26,055 nucleotides of DNA from a virus (IMGVR_UViG_3300020044_006358:1-26055); one strand, 5' to 3'. Shown: positions 16,800 to 24,927, counted from the stretch's first letter. Translations and numbers: made by a program. Notes: a model not told the origin generated them from the sequence alone.

Positions 16800-17536
16800 A
16801 TCATTTTGTTATTAGCTCCAGTTACGGCAACGATTCAATTGCTCTCATTCAATGGGCTTATGAGCGCGGATTTCGTGGCGTTCAAGTTGTCTATTGCGAT
16901 ACTGGGTGGGCGTCTCCAGGCTGGCCTCGTCGCGTCATTGAATGCGAACGGTTTGTGAAAGGTTTGGGATATACGCCGGTACAAACTAAGTCAATTGGCA
17001 TGGCTGAATTAGTGCGAATCAAAGACGGATTCCCAGGAAACGCGCAGCAGTTTTGCACAGCACACCTTAAGGGCTTGCCGTTTGCTGAGTGGATTGACGA
17101 GTTTGACAAGAATTACACGGCAATTGTGATGATCGGTAAGCGCCGCGCCGAGTCATTTGCGCGACGCAACACACGCGAGATTGTTGGTGAAGGTTCGGAT
17201 TTTCATGGTGGGCGCAAGTTATGGCACCCGCTTTATGGGCATTCAGACGCACAACGCAACGAATTGATTAAACGCGCTGGCTTTGATGTGTTGCCGCATC
17301 GCTCCCTAGAGTGCAATCCATGCGTTAACGCAAACAAAGAAGATTTGCTGCGGCTGACTGCTGGCGAAATTGAGCGCGTAAACGATTTGGAGGTAGAGAT
17401 TAACCGTACGATGTTCCGCCCAAAGAAAAAAGGCGCACTTGGCATATACGGTGTAATTCACATTGCCAAACATGGCAAGGGAGATTTTGACGAAGAAGTA
17501 GCGGCTTGTGATTCTTTGTTTGGTTGTGGGCTATGA
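16796..17536 (+). CDS. PAPS-reductase/DndC-like PP-loop protein with Fe-S cysteines (copy 1)
   Basis: SSYGNDS PP-loop, CDTGW, FCT..LK, GKRRAES..R, HPL, ECNPC, C-terminal C..FGCGL. Confidence 0.85.
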   Translation: MNHFVISSSYGNDSIALIQWAYERGFRGVQVVYCDTGWASPGWPRRVIECERFVKGLGYTPVQTKSIGMAELVRIKDGFPGNAQQFCTAHLKGLPFAEWIDEFDKNYTAIVMIGKRRAESFARRNTREIVGEGSDFHGGRKLWHPLYGHSDAQRNELIKRAGFDVLPHRSLECNPCVNANKEDLLRLTAGEIERVNDLEVEINRTMFRPKKKGALGIYGVIHIAKHGKGDFDEEVAACDSLFGCGL

Positions 17537-17826
17537 GCAAAATACGCCAAAGCGCCAAAGGTGAGGATTGCACTATTCGCATTCCCGGCATCTGCAATTT
17601 CAACCCTGAAACCACGGTGCTATGCCATCCGAACACGCACAGAGCCGGTAAGGGGAAGGGATTGAAAGCGGCAGACGAACTCGGCGCTTATGGATGCTCA
17701 AGCTGCCATGCTGCCGTAGATGGGCAAGGCGTAAGGACAGAACACGACAGGGATTACATAGAACTTTGCTTTTGGCACGGCCACGCAGAAACTTACCTGA
17801 AACTTAAACAGAAAGGATTGGTTTGA
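17533..17826 (+). CDS. DUF1364 / YbcO-like protein
   Basis: SAKGEDCTIRIPGICNFNPETTVLCH..G.K..D..GAYGCSSCH..VD. Confidence 0.85.
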   Translation: MSKIRQSAKGEDCTIRIPGICNFNPETTVLCHPNTHRAGKGKGLKAADELGAYGCSSCHAAVDGQGVRTEHDRDYIELCFWHGHAETYLKLKQKGLV

Positions 17827-17827
17827 T

Positions 17828-17953
17828 ATGGATTTGCTAACTTTGATATGGATTGGTTTTATCGTATGTTTTGGATGTTTTGTCGTTTCTGCGGGTTTGT
17901 CAGATATTGGTCGTGGTTTGCACGCAATAGCTAAATCAATGGAGAGAAAATGA
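17828..17953 (+). CDS. 41-aa membrane peptide (MDLLTLIWIGFIVCFGCFVV...)
   Basis: Read by hand; AGGA RBS; stop overlaps the next ATG. Confidence 0.55.
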   Translation: MDLLTLIWIGFIVCFGCFVVSAGLSDIGRGLHAIAKSMERK

Positions 17954-18153
17954 AAAAATCACAAGGCGAACGCATCCTGGCCCATCTCAAAGCTGGCAAA
18001 ACTCTCTCCGCAAAACAAGCGGCTGAGAATTTTGGCTGTTACCGGCTTGGGGCGAGGATTATGGAGCTTCGAGAAGCTGGTTATGACATTGATGGAGGTT
18101 GGGTTCCAGCAACTTCAGGCCGTGCAGTGTTTAAGTATTGGATGCAGGCATGA
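17950..18153 (+). CDS. Small winged-HTH protein
   Basis: Q..RIL.HL..G..L....A...FG.YRL.ARI.ELR..GY.I pattern. Confidence 0.8.
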   Translation: MKKSQGERILAHLKAGKTLSAKQAAENFGCYRLGARIMELREAGYDIDGGWVPATSGRAVFKYWMQA

Positions 18154-18374
18154 GCAAAACTCCTGAAAAGTTGTGTATTTTTTGCGAGCATTTTGATTGG
18201 GAAGGTGTCGGGTATGTTCATTATTCAACACTTACTGGCGGTGATGACACTGGCGGGGCAACCTGCAAAAAAAACTATTACTTTGAGCGCCGACCAGACA
18301 ATCAAAACGAATTACGTGCAATTTTTCTAAAGGCTGAGAAATGCACAGATTATTCGCGTGAAGGAAACCTATGA
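18150..18374 (+). CDS. Cys-containing hypothetical protein
   Basis: CxxC plus two further Cys; coupled ATGA start. Confidence 0.6.
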   Translation: MSKTPEKLCIFCEHFDWEGVGYVHYSTLTGGDDTGGATCKKNYYFERRPDNQNELRAIFLKAEKCTDYSREGNL

Positions 18375-18604
18375 TCCGCGCCAACGTATCCCCCCTTCTA
18401 GCCGCTTTTACAGCCCTACGCGCCTCTGAAACAGCCGAGCGCAACGGAGATACCGCCGAAGCCATGAAACAGGCGCTAGAAGCCATTGAATCGACCCAGG
18501 CATGGCGTGAGCAATTGAGGGAAGCTGAACTGTTTGCCAACCCGAATAAAGCGGTGGTCAAGATCATGGATTGGCGGTATGGCCCAAATGCTGTGAAATT
18601 TTGA
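18371..18604 (+). CDS. Hypothetical protein
   Basis: AAGGA RBS; coupled start. Confidence 0.65.
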   Translation: MIRANVSPLLAAFTALRASETAERNGDTAEAMKQALEAIESTQAWREQLREAELFANPNKAVVKIMDWRYGPNAVKF

Positions 18605-18633
18605 TTGACGCCGCGCAAAAGGTTTGATAGGAT
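18605..18633 (+). promoter_or_regulatory. Sigma70 promoter
   Basis: TTGACG-17 nt-TAGGAT with extended -10 TG. Confidence 0.75.
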
Positions 18634-18639
18634 GACAAC

Positions 18640-19050
18640 CATTGAAAGCACAAGCACGGTGGCTCCGTGTAGTGCATGCAAAGTAGCAGACCCGCTAAGC
18701 GGGTGTTTTAAGGTTGTGGGTTTCGGCGTGCCTTTGCAGCGCGAACGAGACCCGGAGAAGCCCTCCACCTTAAAGCATCCTCTTAGCGGGTTTTGCTTTT
18801 GGTGCAGGGGTTTTCCGGCCAGAGAGTGCGGAACGTCGGTGGCTCTTTGGTACAGCTATCCCTTACACGAGCAAGCTAAAGGGGAAACGGTGGGCGAATT
18901 GCTAGAGCCGAGCGGTAGGCCGAAAGGCTGCAAGTCTGGCAAGCGCAGTGCGAGGGGATGGCTCCGGAAAGCACGAAGCGTAAGCGTTACTTTAGATGTT
19001 ATGTCTACGGTAAAGGCTGCGCTTTGCTCAGAGATTCACCAGAAAGCATA
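18640..19050 (+). ncRNA. Putative large structured RNA / regulatory leader
   Basis: Starts just after the promoter; ~40-bp imperfect stem 18685-18724/18757-18798 with several G-U pairs, plus at least five further stems including a GAAA tetraloop; overlapping ORFs lack RBS. Confidence 0.6.
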
Positions 19051-19070
19051 AAGAAGTAAAGGATTGAGAT

Positions 19071-19790
19071 ATGAACGTGGTTAGCTACGGCGGCGGAACA
19101 AACTCAACCGCAATGCTTATTGGCATGTGGGAGCGCGGTATTGCTGCGGATTTGATTTTGTTTGCGGATACGGGTAGCGAAAAGCCGCATACATACCAGC
19201 ACATTCAAGAATTTTCTGATTGGCTGCAATCAAAGAAAATGCAAAGAATAACGATGGTAAAAAGTCGCGCACCGCAAACCGTTATTGACGGAAGTTTAGA
19301 GGCTGAATGTTTGCGTAGAAAAGCGTTGCCCTCGATTGCGTATGGATTCAAAACTTGTTCACAGAAGTGGAAACGTGAACCTATCGAAGCGCATTTGAAA
19401 TCTGTTGGTGTTGTTGAATATGCACAATACATAGGATTTGATGCCGACGAGCCGCAACGCGCTAAGCCATATCCAAACAACCGTTACCCGCTGATTGAAT
19501 GGGGATGGGGCCGCGATGAATGTATTGAAGCAATTGACCGCGCTGGCGTTACGCGCCCCGGTAAGTCTGCCTGTTTTTTCTGCCCATCAAGTAAAGCGTA
19601 TGAAATTCTGGCGCTGCCCAAAGACTTGCAAGACCGCGCTATTGCAATGGAGAAAAACGCGGAACTTACAACGGTCAAAGGGCTTGGCCGAAACTACGCA
19701 TGGGCGGAGTTAATCAGGGCAGATCGGGCGCAGGTTGATATGTTTAAGAGCAACATTGACATAGATTGCGGATGCTATGACGGTGAATAA
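19071..19790 (+). CDS. PAPS-reductase-like PP-loop protein with Fe-S cysteines (copy 2, different subfamily)
   Basis: SYGGGTNS PP-loop, FADTGSE, TCSQKWK, IGFDADE..R, YPL, KSACFFCP, C-terminal CGC. Confidence 0.85.
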   Translation: MNVVSYGGGTNSTAMLIGMWERGIAADLILFADTGSEKPHTYQHIQEFSDWLQSKKMQRITMVKSRAPQTVIDGSLEAECLRRKALPSIAYGFKTCSQKWKREPIEAHLKSVGVVEYAQYIGFDADEPQRAKPYPNNRYPLIEWGWGRDECIEAIDRAGVTRPGKSACFFCPSSKAYEILALPKDLQDRAIAMEKNAELTTVKGLGRNYAWAELIRADRAQVDMFKSNIDIDCGCYDGE

Positions 19791-20160
19791 CGAATTTGAC
19801 GCATTCTGGGCCATCTACCCTCGCAAGTGTGCAAAGGGTGACGCACGTAAGGCATGGAATCAAACCGCATCAATCCGGCCTGATATGGACACCCTGATAG
19901 CCGCAGTTAAAGCGCAGTGTAAAAGTGAGCAATGGCGCAAGGATGGCGGAACCTACATACCTTATCCGGCTTCATGGTTGCGGGCTGAAAGATGGGATGA
20001 CGAGACAGAAATTTCCCTGCCAAAGCCTGAGAAAGTGCGCGACAGGTTCGACATTGCAAACGAGAAATTCGCACAAGCTCAAGCAACGATTACCGCAGAG
20101 GAAAGAGCGCGAGTAAAGCAGAGATTTGCGCAGCTATCAGTAGGAAAGGCTATTCCGTGA
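19777..20160 (+). CDS. Short replication protein (C-terminal domain of phage replisome organisers)
   Basis: FDAFWAIYPRK..K..A.KAW..QW.KDGG.YIPYPASWL..ERW.DE; no N-terminal HTH. Confidence 0.75.
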   Translation: MTVNNEFDAFWAIYPRKCAKGDARKAWNQTASIRPDMDTLIAAVKAQCKSEQWRKDGGTYIPYPASWLRAERWDDETEISLPKPEKVRDRFDIANEKFAQAQATITAEERARVKQRFAQLSVGKAIP

Positions 20161-20372
20161 TTCAATACCGCATCCACTGCATAACATGCTGCGACTCACT
20201 GGTATTCGGCTCAGAGGCTCCGGCTAATCCTGGCGCATGTGTAGCATCTAGGGAAATGCGGATGCGTTGCAAGAATTTTGGCTGTAGCTTCACGCTGGAA
20301 AAAGAGGATGTAACTTTGGACGATACAGACCGGCTCCGTTTGGGGCTTCGTGAGGAGAGGGTGATAGCGTGA
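20157..20372 (+). CDS. Cys-rich hypothetical protein
   Basis: GTGA overlaps at both ends. Confidence 0.55.
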   Translation: MIQYRIHCITCCDSLVFGSEAPANPGACVASREMRMRCKNFGCSFTLEKEDVTLDDTDRLRLGLREERVIA

Positions 20373-21340
20373 ACGTGCGCCTGACCCAAATAGACGGAGC
20401 ATTGCCAAACCTTGCGCTTATGAAGCTAGGGGCATGGCATCGCGCACAAGGGGATGAAGTTTTCTTCACGCGAAAAATAGAGCCTGATCTTTTTGAGCCT
20501 GATTTTGAACGGGTTTACGGGAGTGCAATTTTTAAGTTTTCGGAAGATAGGATTGATAGATTTCAAACGGCATGGCCTGATGCAATCTTGGGCGGAACTG
20601 GCGTTATCGGTGGTGGGAATGTCGAGGACATAACCGGAGATTTTGAAGGTTTTGACTATTCAGGCTATCCAGACTTTGACGCATCGATTGGTTTTACGCA
20701 GCGCGGTTGCCGCCTAAAGTGCAAATTTTGCGTAGTTCCAACAAAAGAGGGAAAGAACCGCAGCGTAAGCACGATCAAAGATATTTGGCGCGGCGACCCT
20801 TACCCAAAAAAACTGCACTTGCTTGATAACGATTTTTTTGGGCAACCACGCGAACAATGGCAAGCAAGGATTGAGGAAATACGAGAAGGGAATTTTAAGG
20901 TTTGTTTGAGTCAGGGAATCAATGTTAGGTTGATCGACGATGAAGCGGCGGCGGCTTTGGCTACCATCAATTATCAAAACACGAAATTTAACAGGAGGCG
21001 TTTGTATACGGCATGGGATAACTTGAAAGACGAGGTTATTTTTTTCAAGGGCATTGATAAGTTGGAAGCCGCTGGAATACCGTCTAAAAATGTAATGGCA
21101 TATATGCTTGTAGGTTTTGACCCGCTAGAGACTTGGGAAAGAATCTGGCACAGGTTCAATCGTATGGTTGAGCGTGGCGTTGAACCTTACCCAATGGTGT
21201 TTAACAGAAAGCGTTTAGACCTAACCGCATGGCAGCGGTGGGTTATTACGGGTTTGTATCGCTTTGTGCCGTGGCCTGAGTATTCGCAAAAGACAAAAAG
21301 CGATGCAAGCGTTAAAGCATTTATGGAGGTTACAGCATGA
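20369..21340 (+). CDS. Radical SAM enzyme with a degenerate cobalamin-binding-like N-terminus
   Basis: TQRGCRLKCKFCVVP (CxxxCxxC), LLDNDF, N-terminal PNLALMKL..H...GD.V and LGG motif. Confidence 0.9.
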   Translation: MNVRLTQIDGALPNLALMKLGAWHRAQGDEVFFTRKIEPDLFEPDFERVYGSAIFKFSEDRIDRFQTAWPDAILGGTGVIGGGNVEDITGDFEGFDYSGYPDFDASIGFTQRGCRLKCKFCVVPTKEGKNRSVSTIKDIWRGDPYPKKLHLLDNDFFGQPREQWQARIEEIREGNFKVCLSQGINVRLIDDEAAAALATINYQNTKFNRRRLYTAWDNLKDEVIFFKGIDKLEAAGIPSKNVMAYMLVGFDPLETWERIWHRFNRMVERGVEPYPMVFNRKRLDLTAWQRWVITGLYRFVPWPEYSQKTKSDASVKAFMEVTA

Positions 21341-21522
21341 CGAATACTGACTTGGCATATCAACAACGCCGCGCAGCAGAGAAGGAAAAACACCTTGCAC
21401 TGCCGCGCACGAAGGAATGGAAACCTCTGACCAAGCTACCCGCTGCACCATTTCAACGTCCTACCTATGAGGCTGTAGGATGCACTATTTACAGCCCGTT
21501 GGATGAAAGGAAATTGGCATGA
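21337..21522 (+). CDS. Hypothetical protein
   Basis: GGAGG RBS; coupled start/stop. Confidence 0.6.
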   Translation: MTNTDLAYQQRRAAEKEKHLALPRTKEWKPLTKLPAAPFQRPTYEAVGCTIYSPLDERKLA

Positions 21523-21731
21523 AATGGCAACCAATCGAAACAGCGCCGAAGGATAAAACCGTAATTATTTTGGGATTTCTTCCGCATTGGAGTTTGAATG
21601 GTTCGCGTCGAGTTTACGAAGGGCGTTGGAGTAAAACACAAAATACGTGGACAAGCGTAAATGGATTTATGATTTTTTCAGAAGCGAGCCACTGGATGCC
21701 ACTCCCACAACCGCCAGAAAGCGCAGCATGA
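21519..21731 (+). CDS. DUF551-like protein
   Basis: WQPIETAPKD...HWMPLPQPP. Confidence 0.85.
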   Translation: MKWQPIETAPKDKTVIILGFLPHWSLNGSRRVYEGRWSKTQNTWTSVNGFMIFSEASHWMPLPQPPESAA

Positions 21732-21994
21732 TTGAACCACTTAACCCGCAGATCATCGGTTTGAAGCACAAGCGCAAAAGCCGCTTTCCGTATGTCAATT
21801 ACAACATTCACAACATAAACCGTGATGAAGGGGTTAGACAGGTGTATTTTCGCTTGCAGCTATCGACAACTCTTTACCAACAGCACACAAAGTTTCCATT
21901 TGAGGCTGGAACCTATAGCGGGAAGATCACTACCAAGCAGATGTACCTTGATGCGGCGGCAGCGTTGATTGCACAAGCGGAGAAAATGCCATGA
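21728..21994 (+). CDS. Hypothetical protein
   Basis: ATGA-coupled start at 21728. Confidence 0.55.
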   Translation: MIEPLNPQIIGLKHKRKSRFPYVNYNIHNINRDEGVRQVYFRLQLSTTLYQQHTKFPFEAGTYSGKITTKQMYLDAAAALIAQAEKMP

Positions 21995-22263
21995 GCTACT
22001 TGACCGAAAAAGAAGTTGACGATTTGCAAGCCAGCGATTTAAGCAGGGATACTCCGTTTGCGATTCAAGGCGTGAGCAATACTCAATTGTCGATTGCGCG
22101 GCACTATGGCGGTCTGACTTTCCAGAATCAGGCATACACTTACTTCCCAAATACAGACGAGCTAATCCGTGATGATCTTCTGAAACTGGTAACGAAATGG
22201 CGCAAACCTAGCAAAGCAAAAAAGGTAGTAGGTGCGCTTGCAGATCAGGGTAATCTCATTTGA
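21991..22263 (+). CDS. Hypothetical protein
   Basis: GGAG RBS; coupled start. Confidence 0.65.
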   Translation: MSYLTEKEVDDLQASDLSRDTPFAIQGVSNTQLSIARHYGGLTFQNQAYTYFPNTDELIRDDLLKLVTKWRKPSKAKKVVGALADQGNLI

Positions 22264-22508
22264 AATGCAGATACCGCCTAACGCTACCAAACGGAGACAA
22301 GACGCCGATACTAGAAATGCCGCAAGAGGATTGGTTTGCGGGCCATCTGGCGATGCTAGAGGGCATGGGAATCAAGGACAAGGGGCCGGTTCCAGATTCG
22401 ATCACGGCAGCAGCGATTGTGAAGCGTGTAAATCGGCAATCCCAGGCTATTGCAGCCCAGGATGCCGAGAGTTTGAAGCGTTCGGGGAAACGGTCTAAAC
22501 GGGCTTAG
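22260..22508 (+). CDS. Hypothetical protein, last of the rightward operon
   Basis: TTG start overlapping the previous stop; start uncertain. Confidence 0.5.
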   Translation: MKCRYRLTLPNGDKTPILEMPQEDWFAGHLAMLEGMGIKDKGPVPDSITAAAIVKRVNRQSQAIAAQDAESLKRSGKRSKRA

Positions 22509-22677
22509 GCTTGCACAACAGGCAAACAAGATGCCACATGCTAGGGTGCATCTTACGCTCCCCTGCTTGCCACTTCATTGAGGTTGAAATATGCACGTTT
22601 AGCAGTTTTGCGAAGGCTTGATGCGTTAGATTTGCAGATATGCGGGCGTTGCGGATTTCTTGGGGTGATGGTGACAT
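22495..22677 (-). CDS. Small XRE-type HTH regulator
   Basis: PQEIRNARISANLTHQAFAKLLNV...MKWQAGERKMHP..W; GAGG RBS. Confidence 0.85.
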   Translation of the reverse strand: MSPSPQEIRNARISANLTHQAFAKLLNVHISTSMKWQAGERKMHPSMWHLVCLLCKPKPV

Positions 22678-22684
22678 AGTTTCC

Positions 22685-23011
22685 TCAGATTAGTCCGACT
22701 GCACAGTGATTGACTGCTATTGCATTCCCGTGGCCCCAACCCGCTCTATGCGCCCGTTCATGGTTAAGGATGCAATTCGTAACTTGCGGGGCCATGCCCG
22801 ACTTGACGTAGATAACATCCGTCGATTGGTCATAGCAGCCAGCCGCGATTTTGGACTGACAAGCCGCGCCAATATCGGAAAGGTAGATAACCCGTTCGGG
22901 GCCGGTTGCAGGTGCGTAGACGTTAGGTATCCAATACGCTTCATAGACGGGCGTATGGAGCGTTGCACAGCCGGTTAGGGCTAGTGAGAGGGTGAGGGCG
23001 GCGAGTTTCAT
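22685..23011 (-). CDS. Lipoprotein with a metzincin zinc-protease motif
   Basis: Signal MKLAALTLSLALTG-C; HERAHRAGWGH = HExxHxxGxxH. Confidence 0.75.
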   Translation of the reverse strand: MKLAALTLSLALTGCATLHTPVYEAYWIPNVYAPATGPERVIYLSDIGAACQSKIAAGCYDQSTDVIYVKSGMAPQVTNCILNHERAHRAGWGHGNAIAVNHCAVGLI

Positions 23012-23250
23012 GCTGTAGCCTTTGCGAGTGCTGCGCGGGCTTTGTCGTAATTAACTTGTTTTGGGCATGGCTTTTTAGGCCGTTCGATATGTGACATGGC
23101 CCACTGCAAAGCCGCTACAAGATCAGCGTTAGACTGCTCAATCTCTTTGGCGTGACGTTCCAAAGCAACTAATTGCCGTTCGCGGTAGTCAACCATCGTG
23201 CCGGGGCCAAATGGTACGGCTTCAATAACTTGGTCTACTGTCTGTTTCAT
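23008..23250 (-). CDS. Hypothetical protein
   Basis: AAGGA RBS; DLVAALQ...ARAALAKAT motif common in phage early proteins. Confidence 0.7.
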   Translation of the reverse strand: MKQTVDQVIEAVPFGPGTMVDYRERQLVALERHAKEIEQSNADLVAALQWAMSHIERPKKPCPKQVNYDKARAALAKATA

Positions 23251-23435
23251 TTTTTGTCCTTTTCGAGAACTTGGCGGGCTTTATCTTCGGCAAATGCAGC
23301 AGCTATTCGGCTTGATGCGGAAGCATAAACGGCAGTTGCAAGGGAATTGCTTAACGCTTGTTTACAATCTGATAATGCAGATTCAAGCTCTGCAATTCTG
23401 GCTTGGGATGCGTACCATTCGGCGGTAGTGTTCAT
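23247..23435 (-). CDS. Hypothetical helical protein (62 aa)
   Basis: AAGGA RBS before ATG 23435. Confidence 0.6.
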   Translation of the reverse strand: MNTTAEWYASQARIAELESALSDCKQALSNSLATAVYASASSRIAAAFAEDKARQVLEKDKK

Positions 23436-23593
23436 TTTGAGGTTTCCTTTCGATTGAGATTGACCAAGTATTCGAGGATTGGAATAGCTTGATACTTTTC
23501 GGTGTTTATCTTTGCGACAATGGCAGGGGAAAAGGTTTCGAGGATTGCCGCGCCGTTTGACTTGTCGCAAATTACCCAAGATGCGGTTTTCAT
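23432..23593 (-). CDS. 53-aa hypothetical protein MKTASWVICDKSNGAAILETF...
   Basis: Read by hand; fills the gap exactly, stop overlaps the next ATG. Confidence 0.65.
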   Translation of the reverse strand: MKTASWVICDKSNGAAILETFSPAIVAKINTEKYQAIPILEYLVNLNRKETSK

Positions 23594-23596
23594 GGG

Positions 23597-23965
23597 TTAG
23601 GCTTTCAGTTGATTGGCGTCAAGGAATGCGGCAATGTAAGCCAGTGGCGTACCGTCATTATCGGGAATGCGAGACTTAGCAACGCGCCGGGTAGTGAGTA
23701 AACCGGCCATACTGACAACGGGAGCAGCACCGGGCTTAAATTCAAGCTCAGACGCGCTAAAAAGTTTCGCGCCGGTATAGGGTTTTGCCATGTCGCGCTG
23801 GTGCGTCTTAATCCAGTTTGGCAGCATTGCGGAAAGCTTCTTGATGTCGTGGCACTGGCGGGCACGTTCCAGCTTTGCAAGTTCGGCGGGCGTGACTGAT
23901 TCCCAGGGGCGCAAGCCGTAGCCTGTTGCATAGGTGTCGTGTGTGTCGTCGTCGTATTCGATCAT
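23597..23965 (-). CDS. Hypothetical protein
   Basis: AAGGA RBS; coupled start. Confidence 0.65.
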   Translation of the reverse strand: MIEYDDDTHDTYATGYGLRPWESVTPAELAKLERARQCHDIKKLSAMLPNWIKTHQRDMAKPYTGAKLFSASELEFKPGAAPVVSMAGLLTTRRVAKSRIPDNDGTPLAYIAAFLDANQLKA

Positions 23966-24228
23966 GCTGCGATTCCTTCCAGAATGGCGTTCGCTTTGGC
24001 TTCAAAATCACTTTCACGCGCTGCCATGCAATCGCCTTGTACCGGAACAAGATTCCAGCAGGTTTCGCGGATTGCTGTCACGCCACATTTTGCAACAGGC
24101 ATTTTGGTGCCGGTCAAAAGTTCCATAACCTGTTTTCGGGTTTGTTTGTTGCTGTCACCTGCAAGCCGGTAAACATCGAAATAGAGGGGTTGCAAAAGGC
24201 GCAAGGCTTGAATCTGGTTGGCTGTCAT
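23962..24228 (-). CDS. Hypothetical protein (88 aa)
   Basis: GGAG RBS before ATG 24228. Confidence 0.65.
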   Translation of the reverse strand: MTANQIQALRLLQPLYFDVYRLAGDSNKQTRKQVMELLTGTKMPVAKCGVTAIRETCWNLVPVQGDCMAARESDFEAKANAILEGIAA

Positions 24229-24230
24229 GG

Positions 24231-24320
24231 TCAAAAACTCCAAGTTTTGATAAGGTAACGCGCACCGGCACAAAAGCCGTTAATGCGTGAGAGGAAAAGG
24301 GCGTTAGATAGGCGGCGCAT
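24231..24320 (-). CDS. Possible 29-aa peptide MRRLSNALFLSRINGFCAGARYLIKTWSF
   Basis: Fills the gap with 2-nt spacing at both ends. Confidence 0.35.
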   Translation of the reverse strand: MRRLSNALFLSRINGFCAGARYLIKTWSF

Positions 24321-24322
24321 GT

Positions 24323-24793
24323 TCAATAGACCACAATGCCGCGTGTGTAGCATGAATCAACGGTAGCGCCAGCGGGAATATCGCCGGGACGGATAATGTA
24401 CAAGGCAGCGCCGCGAGGATCACCTTGAATGTATGCCGAAACAGGCGCATAGGGGATAGGCTTGCCGTTTTCGATGATTCCGGCTTGGTGCATGTTGCGA
24501 CGGTCAATGATGCTTTGCAGTCGCTTTTTAGCGCCGGTTTCGCGGTCGGCAATGGAGAACCTTGCGCGAGGGTCATTGACGCCAAGAAAACGGGAATTGC
24601 AATTGACGTAGAAGCATTTTCCGGTGGTTTCGTCGCGTTCGATATATCCGTTACCGTCGCCACACTCCAATTCATGCCAGCGGCGAAGCGTCATGCTGAT
24701 GCGGCGCAATTTGGCGGCTTCTTCCATTGTGAAACCAAGCGACATCAAAACGTTTTCCTGATGGGTTTGGCGCATTGCTTCTTGTTTGGTCAT
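24323..24793 (-). CDS. Phage early hypothetical protein, first gene of the cassette
   Basis: AGGAG RBS; LRRWHELECG and YIQGDPRG.ALYI motifs. Confidence 0.75.
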   Translation of the reverse strand: MTKQEAMRQTHQENVLMSLGFTMEEAAKLRRISMTLRRWHELECGDGNGYIERDETTGKCFYVNCNSRFLGVNDPRARFSIADRETGAKKRLQSIIDRRNMHQAGIIENGKPIPYAPVSAYIQGDPRGAALYIIRPGDIPAGATVDSCYTRGIVVY

Positions 24794-24834
24794 TTTGTAA
24801 GCTCCTGGTTATCTCGCTTAGTGCGAGTGAGTGA

Positions 24835-24863
24835 ATGATATAGACATTGGGTATATAACACAA
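24835..24863 (-). promoter_or_regulatory. Leftward early promoter
   Basis: TTGTGT-17 nt-TATCAT on the minus strand, ~40 nt upstream of ATG 24793. Confidence 0.6.
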
Positions 24864-24927
24864 TGACTAAGTTGTAACAATTTGTAACAGGCAAGGACTG
24901 TAAGAATAGACAGGTTAAAATTGGCGC

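Noticed and set aside
18904-18940. Resemblance to group II intron domain V (GAGCCG..GAAA..bulge)
   Set aside because: Lower stem pairs poorly, and there is no domain VI, interrupted gene or RT.
18605-19051. 148-aa ORF (+) and the antisense 178-aa ORF
   Set aside because: The TTG start is the -35 box of a promoter, there is no RBS, and the apparent peptide repeat (PLSGCF/PLSGFC) derives from the RNA stem sequence.
16796-19790. Complete Dnd phosphorothioation system or cysH sulfur-assimilation AMG
   Set aside because: No DndA/B/D/E or other cys genes, and the canonical CysH ECGLH motif is not intact.
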